This document shows positions 19,037 to 28,404 of a DNA stretch of 52,129 bases, one piece after another (position 1 is the first letter of the stretch; each line of letters begins with the position of its first letter). The stretch comes from Candidatus Krumholzibacteriales bacterium (lineage in GTDB: Bacteria; Krumholzibacteriota; Krumholzibacteriia; Krumholzibacteriales; WJIX01), in assembly GCA_046483305.1 (NCBI GenBank), contig JAWODM010000029.1, positions 1 to 52,129 of the forward strand. The letters run 5' to 3'. The position numbers and the translations under genes are program-made. Under the pieces are notes generated by a model. It saw nothing but the letters and a program-made list of their open reading frames with translations. It was not told the DNA's origin and ran no database searches.

Positions 19037-19042
19037 TCTTCC

Positions 19043-19498
19043 ATGGATGATATCTGGATGGATGAAGCCCTGATAGAGGCAGGGAAGGCGCTGAAAGCCG
19101 GCGAGGTGCCGGTCGGAGCGGTGGTGGTAAGAGACGGGGAGTTACTGGGCCGGGGGCATAACGAAGTTGAAAAGCGGGGCGACCCCACGGCTCACGCTGA
19201 AATTCTCGCGGTAAGGCGCGCCTGTTCCAGACTGGGAGACTGGCGTCTGGACCGAGCCGCTGTATATGTAACCGTCGAGCCCTGCCATATGTGCATGGGA
19301 GCATTCTACTTATCGAGAGTGGAAAGGGTTGTGTACGGGGCCGGGCAACCCAGGAGCGGAGCCTGCGGCTCTGTCGATGATTTTCACAGGCTCAACCTGT
19401 TTAATCATCGGATTGAGATCTGCCAGGGAATAAAAAAAGAAAAATGTCTCTTGCTTTTGCGTGATTTTTTTCACAATCTGAGAGAGAAAGGTAAATGA
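19043..19498 (+). CDS. tadA: tRNA adenosine(34) deaminase
   Basis: GEVPVGAVVV, DPTAHAEI, YVTVEPCHMC, NHRIEI. Confidence 0.95.
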   Translation: MDDIWMDEALIEAGKALKAGEVPVGAVVVRDGELLGRGHNEVEKRGDPTAHAEILAVRRACSRLGDWRLDRAAVYVTVEPCHMCMGAFYLSRVERVVYGAGQPRSGACGSVDDFHRLNLFNHRIEICQGIKKEKCLLLLRDFFHNLREKGK

Positions 19499-19499
19499 C

Positions 19500-19586
19500 G
19501 GAGAGATGCGAGAGTGGCTGAATCGGCGCGATTGGAAATCGCGTGAGGGGTTTTCCCCTCCGAGGGTTCGAATCCCTCTCTCTCCG
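19500..19586 (+). tRNA. tRNA-Ser(GGA)
   Basis: GGAGAGA/TCTCTCC-G, anticodon arm CGCGA-TT GGA AA-TCGCG, long variable arm; starts 1 bp after the tadA stop; CCA not encoded. Confidence 0.95.
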
Positions 19587-19613
19587 CACTTTTTAAAATA
19601 GAATCTTATGAGC

Positions 19614-19704
<91 letters not shown>

Positions 19705-19746
19705 TTATAGAGATATTAATCCGCTGGTGGGAATAGTCATTGGAGT

Positions 19747-19822
19747 GGGGATGTAGCTCAGCTGGGAGAGCACCTCGTTCGCAACGAGGGGGTCGGCGGT
19801 TCGAGTCCGCTCATCTCCACCA
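19747..19822 (+). tRNA. tRNA-Ala(CGC)
   Basis: GGGGATG/CATCTCC-ACCA with G3-U70, anticodon arm CCTCG-TT CGC AA-CGAGG. Confidence 0.96.
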
Positions 19823-19833
19823 GATAAATTTAC

Positions 19834-20102
19834 GGCCGCGCTAGACGGGGAGGTAGCGGTGCCCTGAACCCGCAATCCGCTATAGCGGGGTTGAATTCCC
19901 GGTTGAGGGAATGCGGTTTCCGCGTGATCGGCAGCGGGAAGTGACGTTGATAGTAAGGAGCCGTGCAATAGGAACCTGCAAATCCCGTCAGGACCGGAAG
20001 GTAGCAGCGGTAAGCAGTAACTCTTATGTGATGCGGTGACCCTTACTGGAGTTAACCTCGCTGATGGAGCCGGGAGCCCTTCTCGATGCCGCGGGCGCGG
20101 CC
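19834..20102 (+). ncRNA. ffs: Signal recognition particle RNA, large (Alu-domain) type
   Basis: Helix-8 motif TCAGGACCGGAAGGTAGCAGC; Alu-like 5' part GGGGAGGTAGCGGTGCCCTGAACCCGCAATCCGCTATAGCGGG; closing stem GGCCGCGC/GCGCGGCC; about 270 nt, directly before dnaX. Confidence 0.93.
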
Positions 20103-20133
20103 GGTAAAAGTACTGAGAAGTGGTGAACTTTTT

Positions 20134-21885
20134 ATGTCTTACTTGATCCTTGCCAGGAAATGGCGTCCTCAGAAATTCTCGGAGATAGTGGGGCAGGACC
20201 ATGTGTCAACTACCCTTTCCAGAGCGGTTGAGAAGGGGAGGGTTGCTCATGCATACCTGTTTTCCGGCCCCCGGGGTTGCGGAAAGACCTCAACAGCCAG
20301 GATACTGGCCAAGATTATCAACTGCGAAAAACGCTCTGGAGGAGAACCCTGTAACCAGTGTGATTCCTGCCTGGCGGTGGCAAACGGAGAACACCTGGAT
20401 GTTATGGAAATAGACGGCGCGTCAAACCGCGGAATTGACGAGATTCGGGACCTCAGAGAGAAGATAGGTTATACTTCCAGCGGCGGCCGGTCCAAGATAT
20501 ATATTATCGACGAAGTTCATATGCTGACCCCCCAGGCTTTCAACGCCCTCCTCAAAACACTGGAAGAACCGCCTCCACACGTATTCATGATTCTGGCTAC
20601 CACAGAGCCGAATAAGGTTCCAGCTACCATACGCTCCAGGTGCCAGAGATTCAGTTTCAAGCGGCTGGAGTTCTCCGAGATAATCGGCCAGCTGGAGAAG
20701 ATCTGTGAAAGTGAAGGGATCGATTTTGATAAGGATGCCCTTCAGCTTATAGCCAGGCGTTCGGACGGAAGTATGAGGGACGCCGAATCGCTGCTGGATC
20801 AATCGATATCAGCCGCTGAAAAAAAGATAGATATTGAACTGGTAAGATCAGTGCTGGGATTGGTTGACTCGACCCTGATATCGGAGCTTCTGACCGCCAT
20901 AGGGGAACGCAACAGGAGTGAAGCGCTGGGTATAGTAAACCGGGCTGTCTCGTCGGGGCTGGATCTGGAGGAATTCTTCCTGGCTTACATGGAAGGTATA
21001 AGATCACTTCTGGTTATAGGGGTGGGAGGAAGGGAATCATTGCGGTGGCTTGACCTTACAGGGTCTGAATTCGAGGAATTTTCCTCTATTGCCGATAAAT
21101 TCAAGGTAGAAGATCTGCTGCTTCTGTTCAGGGCGGCAGTCCGTTCATTTGACGAATTCAGAAGGACCGCTCAGCAGCGTTATCATCTCGAAGCGGTGGT
21201 TGCCGAGGCAGCTTCCTGGGATTCAGCAGTGGATATTTCCGAATTGATAGGCCGGCTGGATTCAGGGGGCAGTGGGGGGCCGGCGGGCGGCGGCGGGAGC
21301 GCCGGCAGGGCGCCGGCGAAAGAGAAGCCCGCCCGCAGCGGCAAAGATCCGGGGAAAACCGGCGGAACCCGCCCCGGAGAGGTTGCGTCTCCGGAAGAAA
21401 ACTGTACGAAAGTAAGTTACCAGGTTGACGATAAGGCGGAAACTGACAGGGCGCTTTCGGGGCTTGGAGGAAGGGAGGAGTGGGAGAGGTTCCTTTCCAA
21501 GGTAAGGGAAGCCAAGCTGACTCTGGGTATATGGCTGATGTCGGCGAGGGTTCTGGAAGTTGACGGAAATAATATAATTCTCGGGTTCGATCCCAGGAAC
21601 CGGTTTGCATGCGGAATGGTTAAAGAGGGAAAGAACAGGCGTTATATAGAGAAACAGCTCGAAATCTGTTTCGGCAAAAAATTTACCATAGATGTCGTTG
21701 AGACAGGTAAATCTGACAGTGGAGCGAAGAGCTCTCCGGAGCGTAAACCATCAAAAACGAAAAAAAAGGCGGATCCGGAGTTAAACAGGATACTGGAAGG
21801 GAAGGCCATGGCAAAGAGGCTGGTAGAGGAGTTCGACGGAGAAATAGTTGAAACCAGACATAAGAAGAGGAGGGCCGGCCAATGA
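20134..21885 (+). CDS. dnaX: DNA polymerase III subunit gamma/tau
   Basis: MSYLILARKWRPQ, GPRGCGKT, Zn-finger Cys, EIDGASNRG, IIDEVHML, SRCQ; start reassigned to ATG 20134. Confidence 0.97.
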   Translation: MSYLILARKWRPQKFSEIVGQDHVSTTLSRAVEKGRVAHAYLFSGPRGCGKTSTARILAKIINCEKRSGGEPCNQCDSCLAVANGEHLDVMEIDGASNRGIDEIRDLREKIGYTSSGGRSKIYIIDEVHMLTPQAFNALLKTLEEPPPHVFMILATTEPNKVPATIRSRCQRFSFKRLEFSEIIGQLEKICESEGIDFDKDALQLIARRSDGSMRDAESLLDQSISAAEKKIDIELVRSVLGLVDSTLISELLTAIGERNRSEALGIVNRAVSSGLDLEEFFLAYMEGIRSLLVIGVGGRESLRWLDLTGSEFEEFSSIADKFKVEDLLLLFRAAVRSFDEFRRTAQQRYHLEAVVAEAASWDSAVDISELIGRLDSGGSGGPAGGGGSAGRAPAKEKPARSGKDPGKTGGTRPGEVASPEENCTKVSYQVDDKAETDRALSGLGGREEWERFLSKVREAKLTLGIWLMSARVLEVDGNNIILGFDPRNRFACGMVKEGKNRRYIEKQLEICFGKKFTIDVVETGKSDSGAKSSPERKPSKTKKKADPELNRILEGKAMAKRLVEEFDGEIVETRHKKRRAGQ

Positions 21886-22193
21886 AGAATATGGGTAAGA
21901 TGCTGAAACAGATGCAGCAGATGCAGAAGAAGATTTCGAAAATGCAGGAAGAGGTTGCCGGAGAGACTGTTGAAGTCGCGGCAGGCGGGGGGATGGTCAA
22001 GGTTGTAATGAACGGTGCTCATGAAGCGGTATCGGTCAGAATAGACCCTGAAGTGGTCGATCCTGAAGATATTGAAATGCTTGAGGAACTGGTGGCAGCC
22101 GCGGTCAATGAGGCCAATAAACAGGTTGAAGCTATGATCAAGGAGAAGATGGGCTCACTTACCGGGGGACTTCCCATTCCCGATATTTTCTGA
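21882..22193 (+). CDS. ybaB: YbaB/EbfC nucleoid-associated protein
   Basis: MLKQMQQMQ, AGGGMVKV, DIEMLEELVAAAVNEA; lies between dnaX and recR. Confidence 0.95.
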   Translation: MKNMGKMLKQMQQMQKKISKMQEEVAGETVEVAAGGGMVKVVMNGAHEAVSVRIDPEVVDPEDIEMLEELVAAAVNEANKQVEAMIKEKMGSLTGGLPIPDIF

Positions 22194-22300
22194 ATTGGGG
22201 CCGATCCGCGGGGATTTATGTAAATCTGAATCTACGGGAAATAACTGAAAATATCCATATTTAAGGCAGGGATTTTGCATACAGAATGAGAGAGGTAATA

Positions 22301-22900
22301 ATGAATTATGAACTGCCGGTTCTCAGGGCATTGATAGACCACTTCAAGAAGATGCCCGGAATAGGCGAAAAGACCGCGCGAAGGCTTGCTTTCGCAATAT
22401 TATACACTGACAGGGAGGAGGTCGAGGATTTTGCGAAAGTACTACTGCGAGTCAAAGAAAAAGTCAGATTCTGCAGTATATGCGGAAACCTTGCAGAAAG
22501 CGACACCTGCAGAATCTGCAACGACCCGAAAAGAGAAAACGGAGTCGTATGCATCGTTGAAAGGCCTGCCGACATTTATTTTTTCGAAAAAATCGGCAAT
22601 TTCAGGGGCCGCTACCATGTACTGCATGGACTCTTGTCTCCTCTGGATGGAGTAGGAATTGAAGAGCTCAATATTGAAGGGCTTGAGGCGAGGATTGAAA
22701 AAGAAGGGATTGAAGAAGTGATTCTGGCAACCAGCACCAGTGTTGAGGGCGACACCACCGCTCTCTATATCAACGAATTATTGAAGGATACCGGAATCCG
22801 GGTTACCAGGCTGGCGAGAGGGATTCCGATGGGAAGCACACTCGAATATATTAACGGTAATACGCTGGCAAAAGCCTTCGAGACCAGAGAAGAGATTTAA
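22301..22900 (+). CDS. recR: Recombination protein RecR
   Basis: MPGIGEKTARRLA, C4 zinc finger, YHVLHGLLSPLDG, EGDTTA; GAGGT RBS favours ATG 22301. Confidence 0.97.
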   Translation: MNYELPVLRALIDHFKKMPGIGEKTARRLAFAILYTDREEVEDFAKVLLRVKEKVRFCSICGNLAESDTCRICNDPKRENGVVCIVERPADIYFFEKIGNFRGRYHVLHGLLSPLDGVGIEELNIEGLEARIEKEGIEEVILATSTSVEGDTTALYINELLKDTGIRVTRLARGIPMGSTLEYINGNTLAKAFETREEI

Positions 22901-22922
22901 TCCGATAGGAGCGCAAATAACC

Positions 22923-23426
22923 ATGGTTAGAGCTAATTGGAAGGTGTTTGAAAAAGATTATTGGGCGATAAATGCCGCCCTGGAGGAATTAATTGATAAC
23001 TCCAATTCCAAGAGTGTCCTGCTGCTGGATAAAACCGGACAGTTGATATCTAACGTGGGCCAGGATCCCCGGTTTGATATTCATACATTCACATCTCTCT
23101 GCGCTGCGGATTTTGAAGCAAACGCACGGCTGGCCAATCTGATAGGCGAAAAGGACTTCTCAACCCTGTATCATCAGGGTAGCGACGAGAGTATGTATCT
23201 TTCCAAAGTGGAAAAAGACATTATTCTGGTAGTTCTTTTCGACCGGAGGACCACGCTGGGACTGGTGCGGCTGAGAACCAGAAAAGCCGTCGAAGAGCTG
23301 GCAGTGGTGATCAGAAGACTGTATGAAAAACTTGAGTATGAAAACGAAGATTATTCAGAGTCCAGTTTTGACGAGGATTTCCGTGCTGAAGCGGAGTTTG
23401 AGATAGACAGTTTATTCTCTGATTAG
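22923..23426 (+). CDS. mglB: Roadblock/LC7 protein MglB (GAP)
   Basis: [38 protein letters not shown], acidic C-terminal helix ending IDSLFSD. Confidence 0.9.
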   Translation: MVRANWKVFEKDYWAINAALEELIDNSNSKSVLLLDKTGQLISNVGQDPRFDIHTFTSLCAADFEANARLANLIGEKDFSTLYHQGSDESMYLSKVEKDIILVVLFDRRTTLGLVRLRTRKAVEELAVVIRRLYEKLEYENEDYSESSFDEDFRAEAEFEIDSLFSD

Positions 23427-23436
23427 GAGGATCGTA

Positions 23437-24015
23437 TTGTCGCTTATAAATTATTCATCGAGAGAAATTAACGTCAAGATCGTGTACTATGGCCCCGGGC
23501 TGTGCGGGAAAACAACAAATATTCAATATATCTATAACAAGGTATCCCCGGAAACCAAGGGAAAACTGATAACCCTCGCCACTGAAATGGACCGGACTCT
23601 CTTTTTCGATTTTCTTCCGCTGGAGCTGGGTGAAGTAAAGGGGTTCAAAACCCGTTTCCACCTCTATACAGTTCCCGGACAGGTTTACTATGATGCCAGC
23701 AGGAAGCTGATTCTCAGGGGGGTGGACGGCATAATTTTCGTGGCCGATTCCCAGGTCTCACGTTACGACGCCAATATAGAGAGCCTCTATAACCTTCATG
23801 AAAATCTGAAGGAATATAACATCAAGCTGGGGGATATACCCTTTTCGATTCAGTATAATAAGAGAGATCTCAATGATATAATTTCCGTTGAAGATCTGGA
23901 ACAGGAGCTGAATCCCCGGAAGTATCCCTCCTTCGAGGCTGTGGCGGTCAACGGCATGGGAGTATTCAATACCCTGAAGTCGGTGGCGAAATCGGTTCTC
24001 AGAAACCTCAATTAG
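23437..24015 (+). CDS. mglA: Ras-like GTPase MglA
   Basis: [53 protein letters not shown] start after AGGAGG. Confidence 0.95.
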   Translation: MSLINYSSREINVKIVYYGPGLCGKTTNIQYIYNKVSPETKGKLITLATEMDRTLFFDFLPLELGEVKGFKTRFHLYTVPGQVYYDASRKLILRGVDGIIFVADSQVSRYDANIESLYNLHENLKEYNIKLGDIPFSIQYNKRDLNDIISVEDLEQELNPRKYPSFEAVAVNGMGVFNTLKSVAKSVLRNLN

Positions 24016-24182
24016 AAGAGAGCCGGAAAGACTTTCCCATATTTTATTATTTACCCTGAACCAGGCTGCTTTTATCCGGGAGCTTCCCCGGAAATGCGGC
24101 TGAAATCCTGTTAACCTTCCGGTTATGAATCTCCTATTGAATTGGGCAACCGGAGTGGGCTTTCAGCGCTGATGAGGGCGGC

Positions 24183-24326
24183 TGATCGATTATCTCAGAA
24201 CCACTGCCGGTTTCCCCGGCGAGGAACCCGCTTGCTCCGAACCCCGGCTCGCTCTTTCCGCCCGGAGGGGTCAGAATTCCGTGCCCGCTCGCCCTGCGGA
24301 TGGTCCTGAAATGATCAATGAGCCGC
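24183..24326. repeat. Dispersed structured intergenic repeat, copy A
   Basis: About 111/145 identical by hand alignment to 41393-41536, same orientation; self-complementary ends GCGGCT/AGCCGC and TCAGAACCA/TGGTCCTGA. Confidence 0.85.
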
Positions 24327-24432
24327 AACCCATGGAAATAATCGCACGCTTGATTGGGTATCGAAACCGGGGAAACTCCATCTATTATAGTCTTGACCAT
24401 CTAACAGCCCGAATGTATTCTGTTCAATTAAT

Positions 24433-24909
24433 ATGAAGGAGAATAAATTGGGCAGAAGAGTCATAACGCTGGTGGGGTCATTTTTATACAGCGGGTTTTT
24501 CCCGGTGGCCCCGGCTTCATTCGCGAGTTTTCTGTGGCTGATCTGGTATCTGTTCATTCCTGGAGGCCGGTTCCTGGTTCACCCTTATCTTCTGGTAATG
24601 ACCCTTCCCCTTTCTATCTTCATTGCCGGCCGGATGGAACGGTACTACGGACATGACGCGCCTGAAATAGTAATAGATGAATTTGTAGGGATGCAGTTCT
24701 CTCTTTTCATGTTCGAACCTTCATTGATTACCGCCTCTGCCGGATTTATTCTGTTCAGGATATACGATATCGCCAAGCCGTTTCCAGCCGGGGTATCCCA
24801 GAGATTGCCCGGGGGAGCGGGAGTAGTTATAGATGACGTAATAGCAGGTATATACTCTTTTATCACTCTTAAACTGGGGATCTATCTTCTCAGCCTCCTG
24901 GGGTTGTAA
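24433..24909 (+). CDS. pgpA: Phosphatidylglycerophosphatase A
   Basis: SGFFPVAPASFAS, HDAPEIVIDEFVG, LFRIYDIAKPFP, GVVIDDVIAG. Confidence 0.95.
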   Translation: MKENKLGRRVITLVGSFLYSGFFPVAPASFASFLWLIWYLFIPGGRFLVHPYLLVMTLPLSIFIAGRMERYYGHDAPEIVIDEFVGMQFSLFMFEPSLITASAGFILFRIYDIAKPFPAGVSQRLPGGAGVVIDDVIAGIYSFITLKLGIYLLSLLGL

Positions 24910-24922
24910 GATAAGTTTCCTC

Positions 24923-26014
24923 ATGCGGGATATTATGAAATTCAAAATAATGGCCGTCAATTACTACCGCCGCGGAGGTGACCTGGAATCGTTGTCGCGA
25001 ATGATCCGGGAACTGGGGGGTGAGCTTTCCGGCCTGTCATTTCTTCCCTCTGACAGCAACGTTATAGCAGAGAGTGTCATGCGGGCCGCGCCCGGGAATG
25101 ATAGGGTAATTTTATGGGGGGATGCCGATCCGGCGGCGGTTATGCCTCCACGGTCCGGATTCGAGGCGGTTTCCCGGGAAGAGGATTCGGCGGTTGTTTC
25201 AAGCTGCGGGGATTGTGAAATCCTGTTCTTCCCCTCCTCTTTTCAGGCGGGCGGGATTTTAGAATTTCTGAAGGAGCGGCCGGGCCGGAGCGCCGGCCCG
25301 GTGATGGCAGTCTGCGGCCTTGACAGCGGTTCGATAGAAAACAGACTCGCCGAAACGCTGTCCCGAAAACAGCTGGAGCAGATTTCCATGTTCAGCCCCT
25401 TTCCCATGATTAATTATTTGTATTTCCCCTCCGGATCGGATAGCCGGTCCCTGGATGAGGCCGCCGGGAAGCTTGGCAGCTACCTGTTCTCAAGGGAAAC
25501 ACGCTCTCTGAGTTCTGTGGTGCTGGAAATTCTCAGGGAAAGAGATATGACTCTGGCGGTAGCTGAATCTGTTACCGGGGGGCTTCTTTCTTCGGAAATT
25601 GTTTCCATTCCCGGAGCCAGCCGCGTTTTCATGGAAGGGTTCATAACTTACAGCAATGAGTCCAAGGTGGAAACACTGGGAATAGACCCCGGCCTGATAA
25701 GATCATCCGGCGCGGTCAGCCCCCGGGTATGCGTGGAGATGGCGCTTTCGGCGGCTTCCATACGCTCGGCTGATTATGCCCTTTCCACCACCGGGATCGC
25801 AGGCCCGGGAGGAGCCACTCCGGAAAAAAACGTGGGGGTCTGTTATATTGGCCTGCGGACGCCCGACGGTTTATACTGCGTCCCCGGGCAATTTGCCGGT
25901 GGAAGAGAAAACGTCAGACACTCAGCTGCTGTTTCAGCCCTGGATATTCTCAGATTATCCCTGCTGGGTTTCAGTGACCGGCTGGATAGTTATAAGACGG
26001 CCTTGAACGATTGA
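24923..26014 (+). CDS. cinA: CinA-like protein: degenerate N-terminal domain plus PncC (NMN deamidase) domain
   Basis: LAVAESVTGGLL, PGASRVF, ITYSNESK, TTGIAGPGGATPEK; pgpA-cinA-thpR-recA context. Confidence 0.85.
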   Translation: MRDIMKFKIMAVNYYRRGGDLESLSRMIRELGGELSGLSFLPSDSNVIAESVMRAAPGNDRVILWGDADPAAVMPPRSGFEAVSREEDSAVVSSCGDCEILFFPSSFQAGGILEFLKERPGRSAGPVMAVCGLDSGSIENRLAETLSRKQLEQISMFSPFPMINYLYFPSGSDSRSLDEAAGKLGSYLFSRETRSLSSVVLEILRERDMTLAVAESVTGGLLSSEIVSIPGASRVFMEGFITYSNESKVETLGIDPGLIRSSGAVSPRVCVEMALSAASIRSADYALSTTGIAGPGGATPEKNVGVCYIGLRTPDGLYCVPGQFAGGRENVRHSAAVSALDILRLSLLGFSDRLDSYKTALND

Positions 26015-26031
26015 AGGGAGGCGCGTATCGC

Positions 26032-26598
26032 ATGAGGCTTTTCTTCGGAATAGAGCTTTCGGAAGAAGTCAGGAACAGCGTAATCAGAGCGATTGAAGAA
26101 CAGGATTTCGGCAGGGTGCCTTTCCGCTGGGTCCCCCCGGAAAACTTTCATTTTACCCTTAAGTTTCTGGGTGAAACAGATGAGAGCAAACTGCCCGCCA
26201 TCAGGGAAGCAGCCGCAAAAGTGTCATCGGAAACAGGAAATGGCTTCATCCTTTCCCTGGATGAATTCGGCGCCTTTCCTTCACTTTCCTCCCCGAGGGT
26301 TATTTTCTATTCGGTGAGTGAAGGGAGTGAGAAACTAACCTCTCTGGCTCAGGGTTTAGAGGCAGAGATGTCAGCTCTGGGGTTCGGGAAGGAAAAGCGG
26401 GCATACCATCCTCATCTGACCCTGGCGCGGATAAAGAAGAGGCCGGCTCCCGAGATAATAGAAAAGCTCAGAAAGGTCCCGCCCCTGAGAGCGGATAACA
26501 CCCAGAAAGTAGATTCGTTCCAGTTGATCAGAAGCTTTCTGAGCCGGTCCGGCGCCAGGTATGAAAAATTAGCCGATTTCAGCTTCTCCGGTGGTTGA
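26032..26598 (+). CDS. thpR: RNA 2',3'-cyclic phosphodiesterase (2H family)
   Basis: MRLFFGI, HFTLKFLG and PHLTLAR HxT motifs; GGAGG RBS before ATG 26032. Confidence 0.93.
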   Translation: MRLFFGIELSEEVRNSVIRAIEEQDFGRVPFRWVPPENFHFTLKFLGETDESKLPAIREAAAKVSSETGNGFILSLDEFGAFPSLSSPRVIFYSVSEGSEKLTSLAQGLEAEMSALGFGKEKRAYHPHLTLARIKKRPAPEIIEKLRKVPPLRADNTQKVDSFQLIRSFLSRSGARYEKLADFSFSGG

Positions 26599-26604
26599 TT
26601 ATCA

Positions 26605-26633
26605 TTGAATCAATCATGGTTAGATGTTATAAA
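26605..26633 (+). promoter_or_regulatory. Putative recA promoter
   Basis: TTGAAT-17 bp-TATAAA with extended -10 TGn. Confidence 0.5.
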
Positions 26634-26696
26634 TTCAATACCGGAATTATCCATTGACCGGATAAATTGTTTTTTCATGGATGAAGGAGTGGAAGG

Positions 26697-27758
26697 GTGA
26701 AGATGGCAGATTCAAAGAAGAAAAAAAACAAGAAGAAGGCCGTAGACCTGGCTGTCAATCAGATTGAAAAGCAGTTCGGGAAGGGCGCCATTATGCGTCT
26801 GGGCGCCGATGGGGGGATCGTTCCGATAGAAACCATACCAACGGGGAGCCTTGCGCTGGATGTGGCTCTGGGAGTGGGAGGAGTGCCCCGGGGCCGGGTT
26901 ATAGAAATCTACGGGCCGGAAGGTTCCGGGAAGACCACCCTGGCCTGCTCTATCGTGGCGAATGCCCAGAAGCTGGGGGGAGTAGCCGCCTTCATAGACG
27001 CCGAACACGCTCTGGATGTAGGATATGCCAGAAAGATAGGGGTCAATACGGATGAACTGCTGGTATCGCAGCCGGATACCGGAGAACAGGCTCTCGAGAT
27101 AGCAGAGGTTCTGATCAGGAGCGACGCCATTGACATAGTGATAGTCGACTCGGTGGCGGCGCTGGTACCTTCGGCGGAAATAGAGGGCCAGATGGGAGAT
27201 TCGCACGTGGGGCTCCAGGCGCGGCTGATGTCTCAGGCTCTCAGAAAGATAGCGGGGGCAGTATCAAAGTCGAAGACCTGTATGATTTTTACAAACCAGA
27301 TCCGGATGAAGATCGGAGTCCTTTTCGGAAATCCGGAAACCACGTCGGGCGGGAACGCCCTGAAGTTTTACAGTACGGTAAGAATGGATATCCGGAGGAT
27401 AGGGAAGATCAAGGACCAGGACAACATCATAGGGAACAAAACCAGGGTAAAGGTTGTAAAGAACAAGGTTGCGCCCCCTTTCAGGCAGGCCGAATTCGAG
27501 ATTCTGTTCGATGAGGGTATCAGCATGGAGAGCGATCTTCTGGAGCTTGGAGAAAGCTCCGATATTATCAGCAAGATGGGAAGCTGGTATTCCTACGGCG
27601 AAACAAGGCTTGGCCAGGGCAAGGAAAACTCCAGGATGTTCCTGCTTGAGAATACTGATATAAGGGATGAGATAGAGCAGAAGATAAGAGAACATTACGG
27701 ATTGACCACGATGCCCGGGAAGTCAAAGCCTGAAGATGAAAAAGCAGAAGAAAAGTAA
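26697..27758 (+). CDS. recA: Recombinase RecA
   Basis: [44 protein letters not shown]; no intein. Confidence 0.99.
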   Translation: MKMADSKKKKNKKKAVDLAVNQIEKQFGKGAIMRLGADGGIVPIETIPTGSLALDVALGVGGVPRGRVIEIYGPEGSGKTTLACSIVANAQKLGGVAAFIDAEHALDVGYARKIGVNTDELLVSQPDTGEQALEIAEVLIRSDAIDIVIVDSVAALVPSAEIEGQMGDSHVGLQARLMSQALRKIAGAVSKSKTCMIFTNQIRMKIGVLFGNPETTSGGNALKFYSTVRMDIRRIGKIKDQDNIIGNKTRVKVVKNKVAPPFRQAEFEILFDEGISMESDLLELGESSDIISKMGSWYSYGETRLGQGKENSRMFLLENTDIRDEIEQKIREHYGLTTMPGKSKPEDEKAEEK

Positions 27759-28404
27759 GGGAATCGAGGTCACCTCCGTCAGGCGGAAAGCCGGGGGGCT
27801 CAGAAGGATAGAAACATCCGGCGGCGACAGATTTCTGGTAGTAAAGAAAGCCGAGACGGAGTACCTTCTGCAGCCGGGGGCTGTTCTTGAGGAGTCGGAC
27901 ATTCGGTTGCTGAGCGATGACCTGGCCAGAGAGGCCGGAATGCGGCTGGCCGGCGAAAAGCTCAGGAGGCGTGACCGGAGCGAAGGTGAAATCAGCGCCT
28001 CCCTGAGAGAAGAAGGTGTGGAGAACCAAGCCGTAATCGATTATATTATTAAGACCTTAAAAGAGCACCGGTACCTGGACGACGTAGAGTTCACGCATAA
28101 TTATATCGAATACAGGTTGAAGCGCCGTCCAACCGGACCCGGTATGATCAAGAAGAAGCTTCTCGCCGCGGGTGTGGAACTTTCGTTGATAGATGAAGCT
28201 CTTGGACGTTATTACGGAAGGGGAATGGAGAGGGAAGTGGCGGAAGAAATGATACGGAAGAAGTTCTCGCCCGCCGGCGACCGGGAACGCCTGGTAGCCA
28301 GAGTAAATGGATTTCTCAGAAGAAGAGGATTCCGCAGCGAGGTAACCAACAGTATATGTTCCAGCATATTAAGAAAGGGTTTTTTCGAGGATCAGTATGA
28401 GTGA
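27736..28404 (+). CDS. recX: Regulatory protein RecX
   Basis: [32 protein letters not shown]; follows recA. Confidence 0.9.
   Translation: MKKQKKSKGIEVTSVRRKAGGLRRIETSGGDRFLVVKKAETEYLLQPGAVLEESDIRLLSDDLAREAGMRLAGEKLRRRDRSEGEISASLREEGVENQAVIDYIIKTLKEHRYLDDVEFTHNYIEYRLKRRPTGPGMIKKKLLAAGVELSLIDEALGRYYGRGMEREVAEEMIRKKFSPAGDRERLVARVNGFLRRRGFRSEVTNSICSSILRKGFFEDQYE

Noticed and set aside
20086..20133. N-terminal extensions in the ORF track (dnaX; likewise porA 14935, thpR 26011, GT4 33136, LVIVD 38125)
   Set aside because: They overlap upstream genes or RNAs, or lack an RBS; family N-termini and RBS positions favour the downstream starts.
24169..24200. CTGATGAG hammerhead-ribozyme core
   Set aside because: No GAAA partner after a stem II and no matching stems I/III.
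24134..24400. 88-aa minus-strand ORF between mglA and pgpA
   Set aside because: No recognisable motif or RBS; spans repeat copy A; best explained as a chance ORF.
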